Below are positions 27,315 through 40,143 of a DNA stretch of 64,000 nucleotides, one piece after another. Position 1 is the first letter of the stretch. The number at the start of each line of letters is the position of its first letter. The DNA is taken from the NCBI GenBank assembly GCA_000165425.1, contig CT868659.1:248001-312000 (forward strand), written 5' to 3'. The translations under genes and the position numbers were made by a program. The notes beneath the pieces are model-generated. The model searched no databases, had not been told where the DNA came from, and saw only the letters and a program-made list of their open reading frames with translations. This DNA comes from Paramecium tetraurelia. Taxonomy: Eukaryota.

Positions 27315-29441
27315 TCAAAAAAAAAACTTATTCATTCCAATCTTATATGGTTACAATTAGACTTTTTATTTCGGTTTGTTATCTAAATTCACAACTTCTT
27401 GCTCCTTCTTAGCTGGCTTTCTTTTCTTAGGAACTTTCTTTCCTTTGTTATCCTTCCTTTCTTCCTCCTCTTCTTCCTCTTATTAATCTTAATCAAACAA
27501 ACTTGCTTATGTCTAGCCATATCTAGGAAAAGTATCATCTTCCTCTATTTAAAATGGAGCTTATTAACTAATGCCTTATTGATTTGATGATTATTAAATC
27601 TATTTAGAAGCCATTGTTTAAAAAGAAGCATTTAATTTATTATTTTAATTGAGACTGGTTCTGAATGTTTCAATTCTGAAATCTTCTTGGAATTTAATAA
27701 ATACTTAGTTTATATCATTAGCAAAATCAGCACAATTAGATGATTCTTATTTAGATTTACCTTCAAAGTTTTTTATAATTGCATCACGAATTTAAAATAT
27801 CAAAGAGTCCTAATTTTCTCTTTACTTTTTCACAATTTGCAGTATTCTATTACTATACTATGGAATGACATTTTCCCTAAATTTTTCAATGGTCTTGGGG
27901 TATAAATCATTAAATAAATTGGACTTTTCCTTATTAGTAGAAGATAAAAAATTATCAAGTATGTTTAAGAAATCTCCTTATTCAACGATTTAGAAATTTT
28001 ACTGAAACAACTTTTGTGATAGCTATAAATAGGATATCTATGGATACCATGCTAGAGAACTCATTCATCATGGTTTGATTCTGGGAATTAATCTCCACTT
28101 TATTTCGTAAGATATTATCAAACTATTGATTAAGTTGCTATGCTTATTCCTTTCGTTTTTGTATCTATGCTTGTAGATTTGTTTTTTTCTCCCAAAATTT
28201 GAATATTTAATCTGGATTGGAGACCCTGTCTGCAAATTTAGTTTCAATATATCTCATTCTCATTAATTCAAATCCAGAATACTCCACTTTAATTCTTAGC
28301 AATGGTTTTTTCTGTCTATACGAGCTAGTTTAATAATAATTAATTAGTTCTTTTTCTACAAAGTCAAATAGTAATTTTTCAGCTAACTCCTGATTGCTAA
28401 TCTGTAAATTATTATCTGTTGTTTTTATCAATTCACTTAATTCAATATTCTTATAAATCATAGGTCTGTAGCTCTTTTCTAATTTAATGCTTTCAAATTT
28501 CATTTGATTCTTAGTAAGTGTAAATAAACCTGCTTGTTTAATTAGAGATTCATATTCAATGATTGATGTTGCCACAGTACTTCCAGGATAGAACACTTAA
28601 AAATGTTCACATGTATCTAAAGTATAAATTCTACATAATTAAAATTAAATTATACGCTTCATGTTCATGACCCCAAATCAATAGATCAATTTTATACTTC
28701 TTAAAGTAAATTGGATCAATAAAGTTCTTTTCATCTTAAAAATGGTTCCCTTTGTATTTGTTTTGATGAATGATCAGAATGTTGAAATTATTTTCATCTA
28801 ATGATTCCAAGACTAATTTTCCATCATTAATAATCTTATGTAATTAGTAGTCCTTCATGTATCCTAAACCATATAGTGCAATCTTTTAATTATTTTTTAC
28901 AAGAACTACAGGTTTAATAGAAACAAAGGATTAATCAGTGATTTTGCCTATATAATTTAAGTATTTAGATTCATGAAGTATATCTAAAATGGACACACTT
29001 TCATTTCTTTCAGTAACAATATCATCATGATTACCATTAATAATAAAAATTGGTAATTGTACATTAAAATTAGAACAACTAAAATTAGGCTAATAATTGA
29101 GTGAATTGAGTTCCAGTTAAATTCCGCCAAAATTATCTCCAAAGACATGTCTTTAAAGAATATCAACGCATTTGAGTAAACAATGTTCTGTTGGATGTTT
29201 TTCATGAAATAAATCTCTTAAATTTAAATAGTAATATTACCCTCCCAAAATCACAAAGTCAACATTTTGTTATGTAGCTATTTGAAGAACCTCCTCAAAG
29301 GCTTCAAAGGCATCCTAGTACCTGTTGGATTTTGGTCCCACATTTTCATTTGCTCCAAGATGATTGTCAGAAGCAACTAAAAACTTAGATATAAATTTGA
29401 AAGTCAAATACTTTAATGAATTGATTCCTATTAACTTACAT
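27315..29441 (-). CDS. MRE11: Double-strand break repair nuclease MRE11
   Basis: All five phosphoesterase motifs: ASDNHLG, GGDLFH, NGNHDD, IIHQNK, WGHEHE; also FYPGSTVATS; acidic/basic C-terminus. Confidence 0.95.
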
Positions 29442-29625
29442 TAAATATTAAAAATCTATAGAATTGTAATAATGATAAAATACATAAGTGAAATCACAGT
29501 ATAAATCACAGTATATTGTTACTCTTTAAATGAATAAACTTTTTAAATTGGTCACTATCTTATTTATAAAAAGTGAGATTCCTTAAATATAGAAATATGA
29601 ATAATACCCAAAATTGATGATATTT

Positions 29626-30561
29626 TCATTTCCTTTATTTATTTGTTTAGACTGATCTAGTATTAGTTGTTGTTTGATGAGTTGTATGGATTCTTCATTT
29701 CTTTTGGTGATTTATTCCAATTATTCTAGTTTTTGGAGAGATTGATGACCATACTAAAATCTTTGATGTATATATTACATCTTATTGTATTTTGCTTTCA
29801 GTCATGAAATCGCAAAGCTGATTTTGTATATTTCTATTGAATTAATCCAATTAATCTTATCTCATTTTGATATTGTTTATATCTTTTTAAATTTTATTCA
29901 TTTGTACTTCAATTCTCCTGTAAGATTCCTGTTATTCGACATTCAACTTCCTTTTGCCATCCACCTTGAGTATCGTATTGAATAAGGAGCTTGATAACTC
30001 AATCTTGGATTTCTCCTATTGATCGGATTTATTTTTGTGACTATTCAATTTGCTGCCATTTTCCTCTGCTCTATTCCTATCTGGTGTTAGACTAGAACTG
30101 TCATTGTTATTATTTGATTATAATATGATTTGACTGTGTTTCTTTTGCAATTCATTGGTGAAACTCAGATGTTTATTTTTATCCTATCTTTCGCTATTTA
30201 AAGTTTTTTGAGTGATTTCTTTGATTGGATGATTGCCCTTAATCATATATTGGATATGCGAGATGAGATTTGATGACGACCCTTGGTTTTTAAGGTTTTC
30301 CTTCTATTCTTGGGAGTGATTGTTTTTATGACTTTGGTCGAATAGTTGAGTCTTTTTGGCTGATTGCATTGATTATTCAGTGGATGATGCTATATCAGTC
30401 TATTCGGGGATTTAGAAAAGCACATTACCAAAGCTTTGATTCTTATGTATTATTTTGTGTGTGTTATTTTCTTCAAGCAATTCTGAAATTTTGGAATTTA
30501 AAATTTGTTAGAAATCATTATTGGATAATGCTCTTCTGTGATTATTCTTTGGCTGGTTCAT
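29626..30561 (-). CDS. Low-complexity/coiled-coil hypothetical protein
   Basis: Intronless-looking ciliate-code frame, Ser/Gln/Lys-rich, with a C-terminal coiled coil. Confidence 0.65.
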
Positions 30562-30611
30562 TCAAATTCAAAATAAATAATAATCGATTATATATATATT
30601 AGATTAAAATT

Positions 30612-31681
30612 ATGTTTGGATATAAACTCTTCACAATAGTGAGAGAAAAGTCTGTTGTCATTGTGGAACAATTGGGAAAATACAACAGAACCTTGCAACC
30701 TGGATTAAATTTCCTCATTCCACTCATTGACAGAGCAGCATATACCCAATCCTTAAAGGAGGAAATCTTGCCGATTGAAAAGTAATAGGTGATTACTAAG
30801 GATAATGTTGCGATTCATCTTGATGGAATAGCATTCATTCGTATCATTGATCCATTCAAGGCTTCTTATTAAGTATTTACCATTTTCATTTCAATAGGTA
30901 AGTGAGCCATAAAATGCTATTAAATTGTTGTGTCAAACCATTTTGAGATCTGAAATTGGTAAATTGAAATTGGATCAACTCCTACAAGAGCGATCTGCCT
31001 TGAATCGAGCATTGTAAACTGGTCTGAGCAAAGCTGCAGCAGAGTGGGGTTACACTAGTTTGGGAGTTGAAATATTATAAATTGAAATACCTGAAGAAAT
31101 CAGAGTGTCAATGCAAGCTCAGGTGGTGGCTGAGAGAAATAAAAGAAGAGAAATCTTAGAAAGTGAAGGCAAACAAATTAGTGAAATCAATATTGCTACA
31201 GGTGCCAAAACAGCATCGATCAAAATTGCAGAAGGAGATGCAGAAGCAGTCAGACTGGTTTCTCAAAATGAAGCTAAGGCCTTAAATCAAATTAGCGAAA
31301 CTCTAAAAGAACAATCCAAAAAAAGAGTCTTGGATTATATACTCTTATAACATTACTTGAAGGGATACTCAAGCATTCTAAAATCATCAAAAGTTGTAGT
31401 CGTGCCTAAAGCAAAAGAAGGATAAGGTAATGATTTCATGAGTCTGGCTGCCATGATGATGTTTAATAATTAAAACTCATCAGCCTAGAAAATCTTTGAA
31501 GTTTCTGCCAAACCTAGTGACATGACAAGCAATTCAACTACCACCCAATCAGAAATTAGTAAGTTGACTCAAGAACAATTGGATAATCTTATAAAGAAGA
31601 ATGTCTATTACAATGACCCAAGGTATTAATTTTCATATTCTTAGATTGTACTCAGATGATGAAGAAAAAAGGACACATTGA
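30612..31681 (+). CDS. Stomatin-like protein 2 (SPFH/band 7 family)
   Basis: VIVEQLGKYNRTLQPGLNFLIP, VITKDNVAIHLDG, QTILRSEIGKLKLD, MQAQVVAERNKRREILESEG. Confidence 0.92.
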
Positions 31682-31750
31682 TAATATATAATCAAAACAT
31701 AAATTTATAAATATTTTTAACAAACATAAAAGTTTTAATTTCAAATTTTG

Positions 31751-32603
31751 ATGCGATATTCATCATCATAAATTATGAACAATTCTTAAATAAGAGCAGA
31801 ATCTCCTTCTTTTTAAAAAATGTAAGCACTAGCAGATAGATGGAATTAACTTAAGACAGGAATTGATAAGGGGAAATTCGAAAAAAAAGAAATTTTAGAA
31901 ACATCCATTTTTAAAATAGACAATTTATTAAGTTATGACAAAATTAACGATGATGAAAAGTTTAAAGTAATTCCTAAGTTTTATTATAGACAATTAAAGA
32001 ATAATTATTTAAAATCACGGAATAGGTCAATAATGAGAGATTTGGAAAGGAACATTACTTACGATATCAAGAACAATTACTCCTCTTTGAAGAGTAGATT
32101 AATAAACAAATGGATGAAGAAAAAAATGTATTGAATTGCATGAAATTAGAACAAACGGAGAGTGGAATTATAACTATTGAAATAAATTGAAGATAGATTT
32201 GAAACTGTGCAAAGCATGTTGGGGAAGAACAACTCTCTCTATTAAGATAAATTAAATAGATAAATTGGAGATATTGCCAATTAATTGAGTAATCTGAAAT
32301 TTACTATAGAAAATGAGTAATAAAATAGGTTTTTATATAAATATATATTTTAGAGTTGAATCTTAGACTCATTTAATTGAGCAAATGGATTTGGAACTAA
32401 ATAAATTCTAAGAAATGATGACCATTGAAAAATCAGTTAGAGAAGAAACGGAATAGAAAATCTTCTCTATGATAGAAGATGTGCATTAGAAAATTCAAAA
32501 TGAAATTATTAATGAAAGAATCTCTAAAGAAAGGTCATAAGAAAGTATCCTAAGATTGTTAGAATCAACCTGCCTAAAAATTGATGAAAGTTTTAATTCT
32601 TGA
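31751..32603 (+). CDS. SF-assemblin/beta-giardin family striated (kinetodesmal) fibre protein
   Basis: Coiled coil ending EKSVREETEQKIFSMIEDV...ERISKERSQESILRLLESTC, typical of the SF-assemblin C-terminus. Confidence 0.75.
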
Positions 32604-32725
32604 TTTAAACAATATATAACTAAATTCCTAATAATTTTATAGAATGCTGTTCACTTATAATGATAGAATTCAACAAATATATATATATTTATTTTTATGA
32701 TTTCATAAAACATTAATAATTATTA

Positions 32726-34352
32726 ATGATTCAATCAGACTAACTAAATATTGATGAAAAAACATTGTTGGAAACAATAGATAGGATTTCTTTATAATTA
32801 GATCAATTTGAGTATAAGATGAAGTCTAATTTGTAAGTCTTGATTCTTGTTGGTGATACAGGATCAGGAAAAAGCACAATCTTCAATTTTCTCTGTGGAG
32901 CAAAATTCAAATACGTTATCAACGATGACGAGGAGTATTTAGATTTGGCTGATAAATCAGATTAATATTCAGAGATGAGCAGCGGAATGAAATCTGTTAC
33001 CAAAGAGCCAAAGTATTTTTACAATGAAACCTTCAATCATTTATTGATTGACTTCCCAGGATTTCATGACACGAGTGGAGAAATAAGTTAGTTAATTATT
33101 TAGATGATTTTCTATAAATTTATTACCAAATCCAATGTAAAAATAGCATATGTACTCTTTCATCCATAAACAAATTTTATTAGCAGAGGCATTGCATTAC
33201 AGTAATTTATAAAAACAGTTTTTAAAGAGAAAAATTTGGAGATCTCTAAACTTGCACTTATTTTGAATCATTTTAATGAAAATATGAAGGAAGAAAAATT
33301 AATTATAAATGTTTAAAAACAACTAAAAGAAGTAGAAACAGTCAAACATGAATGGATTTCCGTTATTAGAAGAATTAATAGCCCAGAAAAATTGAATGAA
33401 GTTTTCTCAGAAGAGAATAGAGAAAAACTGTGGTTCGAATTAATTACTGTAAATGAAATACCATTCTAACCTTAATTTTTACCATATAGTGATAGAATCA
33501 GTACATATATTACTGAAAAGAGTAATTTAATATTAAATTTGATTTGTAAATAAATGGATTATAATCTAAGTCTAAAAACTGAAGGAAATCAATGATGAAT
33601 AATTCATTTTATTACAAAGTCTAATCGGTTCTATATAGCACATTCTATCAACTACACCTGAACATACTGAAGATTGGTTTAACAAATTTATTAATGTTTC
33701 ATTAGAATTATCCTAAACATTTCATTTTGAAAATGATATCCATGAAAAAAGTTAGAATTTTCTAAAGATTTTCAATTTCTTTTCATTTTTCTCTGAATTC
33801 ATTTCAGGCTACTCAACATTTGAAAAACATTGTTTATAAGTTCAATAGAAATGTTCTTATTTCTTAGAGACTTTATAAAAAAAGATAGAGTTACAAAGAG
33901 TTAATGAAGAAAAATTAAGAGAATAATAAAATAGAATTAAGGCAGAGCAATAATTGAATACAGAATCACAGATTAGAATATAAAAAGAACAAATGTATGC
34001 ATAAGAGTATGAAAACAGAATTAGGTATGAACAATAATTAAAAATGGAATAGCAATTAAGAAATGTTATAGAATAGGATAAAAAAGGAATGGAATAGCAA
34101 TATAAGGATTATTGTGAAAAGTCTCTTTAAATATAAAACAATCTACAAAATCTGATTTAAACTGAAAAAGTTTAAAAATAATAAGTAGAGTAAGATCTTA
34201 AAAGATAATTGCAAGATTTATAAAATAAATTAAATGAAATGGAATAAAGAAGAAAAGAATGGTTAGAACATAGAGCTAATCATCCCCCTCATCATGGTCC
34301 AGGACATGGACACCACGGTCCTCCTGGCCACCATGGATGGTTTAAAAAATGA
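32726..34352 (+). CDS. AIG1/GIMAP-like P-loop GTPase with coiled coil and His/Gly/Pro tail
   Basis: G1 GDTGSGKST, G2 SVT, G3 IDFPGFHD; one 25-nt intron at about 33546-33570; tail HPPHHGPGHGHHGPPGHHGWFKK*. Confidence 0.8.
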
Positions 34353-34596
34353 AATTTTATTATATTTATTTAATGTTCTTAATTGAATGTTTCAAATAAT
34401 TAATAATAATTACTCCTACTTATATTTTATTACTTTATTTATATAAACAAATTAGAATAAAGGATGTTTTATATTTAAATATCATGGAAAAAATTGAATT
34501 TGGAATATAAAATTTTTATATCAAAACTTTTTCATACCAAATTTAGCTATAAAAGCAGGCTTTTAAGAAATGTGAAAATTAATAAAATTAGAATAT

Positions 34597-34911
34597 ATGC
34601 AAGCTCCAAATAAGAAATAAGCAGTCCATTACAAGCAATTGGCAAAGGTGTATAAACAATGTGCAGAGACATAAAAATTCATAGATGAGTTTGAAAAGAA
34701 AAACAAGGTTCACGTAGATAAGTTTGTTCCACTTGATTATTTGGAACTTCCTACCAAGATTCCCAACATTATTTCGATATCTCTAAAAAACAAGAAGAGG
34801 TTTGCTTTGGAGAATATTGTCAAAGATGGAAGTCAAAAGTCATCAAAAAAGAGCCGCAATTCTAAAAGTAAACAGAAGGAGAAAGAGCCATAAGTAGTAA
34901 ACACTGAATGA
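34597..34911 (+). CDS. Small basic hypothetical protein
   Basis: 104-codon ORF MQAPNKKQAVHY...VVNTE*. Confidence 0.6.
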
Positions 34912-35082
34912 TCTATATCAATATAAACAATCATATAAGTATATTAAAAAAGGAATTAATTCTCCTCCATTTATTTGACAATAATTACATATAGGAAGAA
35001 ATGAAATATCAATTTGGAACTATAAAAGGAGGGTCTTTTAAGATTTAATTTAATTAATTTATTCATATAGTTTTTGTATCAT

Positions 35083-36111
35083 ATGGAAAAATCGTTGATA
35101 ACAGTTGGACTCCTATTACTAATTGGTGCAGGCGTGTATCTAAATTAGAATGGAGAAGAATTAGGGGAGTTATAGAAGGTGAGACAATTTAATGATTGGA
35201 AAATCTAATACAACAAAAAATTTAGTAGTGAAAAGGAGGAGATGTATAATTGATAATTACAACTTTAGGTATCGTTACTTAGTGTTCCAATAGAATGCTT
35301 AATTAATTGAAGCTCATAACAATGATAAATCAGGTAAGTATACCTATACTATGGAAACTAACTAATTTGCAGACTTGACAGAATAAGAGTTTGCACAAAA
35401 ATATCTAACTTTTAGACCCAAGAGTACAAACAAATCCAAGTCAACCGATTACGTTCCAAATGGATAAGCTAGAGATTGGGTTGAAGAAGGAAAGGTGCCA
35501 CCCATTAAAGATTAAGGATCATCATGTGGTTCTTCTTGGGCATTTTCTGCAGTAGGTGTATTGGAAATCAACAGCAACATCGAGTTTGGATTAGAAACCA
35601 CCCTTTCTGAGTAGGATATGTTGGATTGTTCAGGTCCATATGGAAATTAGGGATGTTCTGGTGGATGGATGGATTCAGGATTTGAATACGTCAGAGATCA
35701 CGGCATCGCAAATGGTTCAGTTTATCCATACGTTGGAAGTGACTAAACCTGCAGAACTTCAGTTAAAAGAGATTTCAAATACGTTACAGGGTTCGTAGAC
35801 GTAGATGGTTGTAATGGTCTCTAAACTGCCATTCAAGATTAAGCTCTTTCTATTGGAGTTGATGCATCCAATTGGGCATATTATAGTAATCATTTTATAT
35901 AAAATCTATTATAGAGGGAGGAATATTCAATAATTGCAAACAAAATTTGACATCTGGATCTATCTTGGTAGGTGTTGATTAGAATGGAGTTTGGAAAGTG
36001 AGACATTAATGGGGATCTAAATGGGGTGAAAACGGATATATTAGATTGGCACCTGGAAATACATGTGGAGTCTGTCTATCTGCTTCATATCCAGTTCTAG
36101 AGAAGAAATGA
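35083..36111 (+). CDS. Cathepsin L-like papain-family (C1A) protein lacking the canonical catalytic triad
   Basis: Signal peptide, I29 propeptide (NQFADLTEQEF), DWVEEG, KDQGSSCGSSWAFS, GCSGGWM, WGENGYIRL, TCG; two introns. Confidence 0.93.
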
Positions 36112-36737
36112 GATTTATTATTTGTTCGAACAAGATATTTAATATAAATTAAATTATTTTATTGTAATTTACAATTACAAAAATGAGAAAATTAAGGAAG
36201 TAAACTGAAACAAATATACAAATGCATCCTAAACTTAAAAAAAAAACAGAATAGAAATAAATAGATTTTTGATATGCATTTTATTATACATGTCATTTGA
36301 ATAACCATATTAAATTAACAAAAACTATAAAACTAACTCAATCAATTAATTACATTCTTTAAAAATAGAGAAATATCTTTTAACTAAGAAATTCAATATT
36401 GATTCATTTTATTATTATGCTAAACTTAAGATTTAAATTTCATTAAGTGGTTGGGTTTTTGAGTATTACTTTTTCTGAACCTATCATTCATATAAAAAAT
36501 AATGCTGAGGGAGATATCTAAGAAAACCTTATCTATTAGAGACTAAATTGAGTTCTTAATTTATATTGTTGAGAATTCTAAATCAAGTTAATTTTAAATT
36601 CAAAATAATGGATACTCATAAATGATAAGATACCCTCTTTATGAATCTAATTCAAAAATAAACTAGGATTTTCCTATGAATCCTAAGTAGAAATTGTGAA
36701 TTATAAATTAAATAAGTGATTATTATATAATTTTAAA

Positions 36738-37207
36738 ATGAACAAATTACCTTATCAACCCTTGGGTTTTGTATTGAAATTTGATCCACCCATTATTGGA
36801 TTGTTATACCATCCTATTGAGAATAAGAAGGTGAATAAGAAAAAGAAGAAGTGCTATGCTATTCATTTGAATAACTTGATCTTTTTAGTTGAACCTGAAG
36901 ATATTGTAGAGGCATTGTTTAATGAGCATCAAGAATTTTTGGATCCTGATGTTGTCAAACCATAACAAGTACATTTGATCAATTAAAAAGGTGTATAAAT
37001 TGGTGCTGCGATTGGTTGCTTACAGAGATCATTAGTTAAGAAATATGCAAGAAATGGGCGAAGATATGGGTACTCTTATTTCACCTAATTAAAGCTGACG
37101 GCTATTATGAAGAGGAAGAGGAAGAGCCAGTACAATAGCCTAAAGGTAAAGGAGGGAAAGCATAAGCGCAACAGCGAAGAACTAATGATAATAATAGGTC
37201 ATTTTGA
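36738..37207 (+). CDS. CEP19-like small protein (N-terminal domain only)
   Basis: PLGFVLKFDPPIIGLLY...EFLDPDVVKPQQVYKLV resembles the CEP19 N-terminus (G.RF.PP.I.L.Y...QL.KL); two short introns. Confidence 0.55.
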
Positions 37208-37248
37208 TTTTTTATATTATAACGATAATTACAATTTGAATTTAATTT

Positions 37249-38197
37249 ATGAGGAGATAAAACCTCAAACATGATCTGTATTCCTAAATCTCGACAATTG
37301 GATAGTCATCCTCTTCAAAAAGGGGCAACCTTAATATTGATGATTTGATTTATTAGTTCAAAATGAGGAAATCGAATTAAAAATTGGCCAAGCAATACTC
37401 TGAAATCATTAAAATATTTGATAAAAAATAATCGCCAAAATAGCCATTTAACTATTAGAGCACTCAATTACATACTAAAGTTAGATTGCGAACAGATGAA
37501 TCTTAGGAACCATTTTAATTTCAAGAGACAAAATAAAGATTGTTACATCAAATAGACATTCATCAAATTATAAATGAGACATCTCCTATTAAAATTACTC
37601 CTAGACTCAATTATGAGAATTTCAAGACATTTTAAGAAACTGAAAGAAAATCATATGAATAAAATAATTATCATACACATTTAGCTAATTTTGGTCCTTT
37701 ATCCTCCTCCAATCAATGCGAAACAGATGAAGAAATCAAATAAATTTCATAACAAAGTGTTTAAAAATTATCAAAATTCAGAACTTTTGAATAAGAGCAA
37801 TTTTAGACTTGTTTTAATAAAGTTATATCTAAACTCGAAAAATTGAATCTACAATATTAAAAGTAAGGATTTCTGATGATTAAATTTTTTTCTAAATGGA
37901 CACTTAAGGAAAAGGCTACAAAAATGTATTTTAGATTTTTTGAACGCAAAATTTCATCATATTTTGATCTTTTTAAAATATATGAACCTTCAATAGAAGA
38001 AAATAATCATGATAATCAAAATATATATTAAAGAATCTAAACAGACAATGTTTTGAGTCCAATCAATATGAATACCCTCACTTTTTTAATTCCTACCCTT
38101 AAACCTGTTACTCAATTTGGAGCAATGAATGTAATCTATCATTATATATTAATAGTTTGAGGAATATTTGAAAAAGAAGAATCAGAATATTGAATGA
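37249..38197 (+). CDS. Hypothetical protein
   Basis: Long ciliate-code frame with one 3' intron, ending KKKNQNIE*. Confidence 0.65.
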
Positions 38198-38373
38198 ATT
38201 GTTTTAATATTGATTTAATTAATTTATTATAGTTATTTAGAGTAGAACTTTATTCTCTCATTTAGTAGTAATTATGTTAATATAGTGAGAATTATAAATT
38301 TCTAAGGAATTTCAATAATTTGTAACCTCTAAAATATAACAAAAAATTTAATATTTTCACACAAAATTAATGT

Positions 38374-40125
38374 TCATATGACCCAATTAGATCCATCTTC
38401 GAAATACTTTTATATCAGCTTATTGTGAAATCTTGGATATTCAAAATATTATTCATATTCGAAAATATTTTTTTTATTTGGATACAAGCATTTAAATTGT
38501 CCCAGTCTCAGTTGTTCTTCTAATGATTGTATCATAACATCTAGATCCTCTTAATTTACTTTTTATTTAAAATTTCTTGAATTTATAGACTGAATATCAT
38601 TAATATTCCTTTCATACAGTTTCTTTTTTATCTGTATCCTAAAAGCCTTTTTGGTATGATATTCTAGTCCAATCAAATGTAACATATCTGATATCAATTA
38701 AGATTTTATTTAAGCATCCAACTCAGAAGATGAGTTTAAGGAAGGACTTACATTAACTTCGAGTAACCATGGCTTTAATTTTTCATCTATCAGTATATCA
38801 AATCCAAATAACTCAAAATAATTATTTTTATGTTCCAATGCTAAGAAGTATAAATAAGAATATAATTACTTATTCTATTTTCAAGCAGAAGAGGGTCAGC
38901 TGCAATACAGGTCTTTAACACTACATCTTGGATTGATTTAAATAATAATTTGTGGTTAATTCCTTAGTTCATCAACTATTGTTTGTATTCCTTATGTGAC
39001 CACTTAGAGGTTTTTAATTATTTTCCGATATCTTAATTATTGGCTATGAAATTAGGGGATTATTTATTGACTGAAAAATTAGTTAAATGTATGAATCTCT
39101 TCTTGATATCTGAACTTTTAAGTGAATATTCTTAAGTGGCAAATCTGACCAATCCATCTTTATACATATAAACTCGCAATGGATCTGTTGAAGTAATTAA
39201 AACATAAACTCTTAGATCGTATTTAAAATTATTAATTAAGTGAGGATTGGAAATATAATCCATGACTAAATATCTTTTATCAGCAGTCAATTTAGATTTC
39301 TTGCTGATTAATTTGATACCATTTCCTCTTGCAGATGCAACTGGTTTCTTAATCCACAAAGTTTTCTTGGGAGCACATTCCCTAATTCTTTCGAATCTCT
39401 CGAAATCATATTGTAATAAATAAGTATTGGGAATAAAAGAGTATTCAGTTGGAAATCGTCTTTTAACTTTAGAGAGATGAATCCATAAGTTATCTTTTCT
39501 CCCTACACTCCAACAGCCAGGAAAATGATTAGTTTTTTAATACTTCTTCATTTCATTTAAAGTTTCCTTGCTCGCCAATCCCCAATAAAGTAACCAATTA
39601 TCATCATCAGTCCTTTCGAATCCAGCAGCCTCAAAAGCATTTAATACACATTTGAAAGGTACCTAACCTTAGAGCTTATAAAATAATGGTTTTTTGATCT
39701 CCTCTACTAAAAATTGTTAAGTTCTTTTTTGTTGAAGCAATTCTAAAATATAATATTAATGTACATGGATATGGAAAGTTAATAGTATAAATGTGTGGTC
39801 TATAAGGAGATTGCCAAACAAGTTGAAATTGTTTATTAGTAATTGTTGTTGATGGTTCCATTATGGAACTATCTATTTCTAAATTTCTCTCGGTTGATAC
39901 TTTTTGAGTACAACTATCAGTTTATGATAATATTTCTTTTTGCATTTAGTTTCTTGTTTTTAATGATCGGTTACGCACTTTTAATTGTTTTTAAACGACT
40001 TTGACAATATTATTTTAAGATTATGATTAAGAAGTAATTCTAGAATGAATTGTTATTGAGGATGCAGCTAGAGGAAGATAAACTGTTTATGCTTTTCTGC
40101 TCTATATTTATACTCTTTTTTACAT
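38374..40125 (-). CDS. Tubulin polyglutamylase (TTLL4/5-like)
   Basis: [85 protein letters not shown]. Confidence 0.93.
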
Positions 40126-40143
40126 TTATTAATTAAAATAAAA

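Noticed and set aside
33540..33600. Apparent +1 frameshift/premature TGA TGA in the first GIMAP-like GTPase (possible programmed frameshift at CTAAAAACTG)
   Set aside because: A canonical 25-nt intron, gtaaataaatggattataatctaag, restores the frame exactly.
40126..40143. In-frame 18-nt gap that would let UGA readthrough fuse the EF-hand-like gene to the TTLL gene (similar case at 715-741)
   Set aside because: One in three gaps is in frame by chance. The gaps look like normal AT-rich UTR/start contexts, and I saw no SECIS or readthrough signal.
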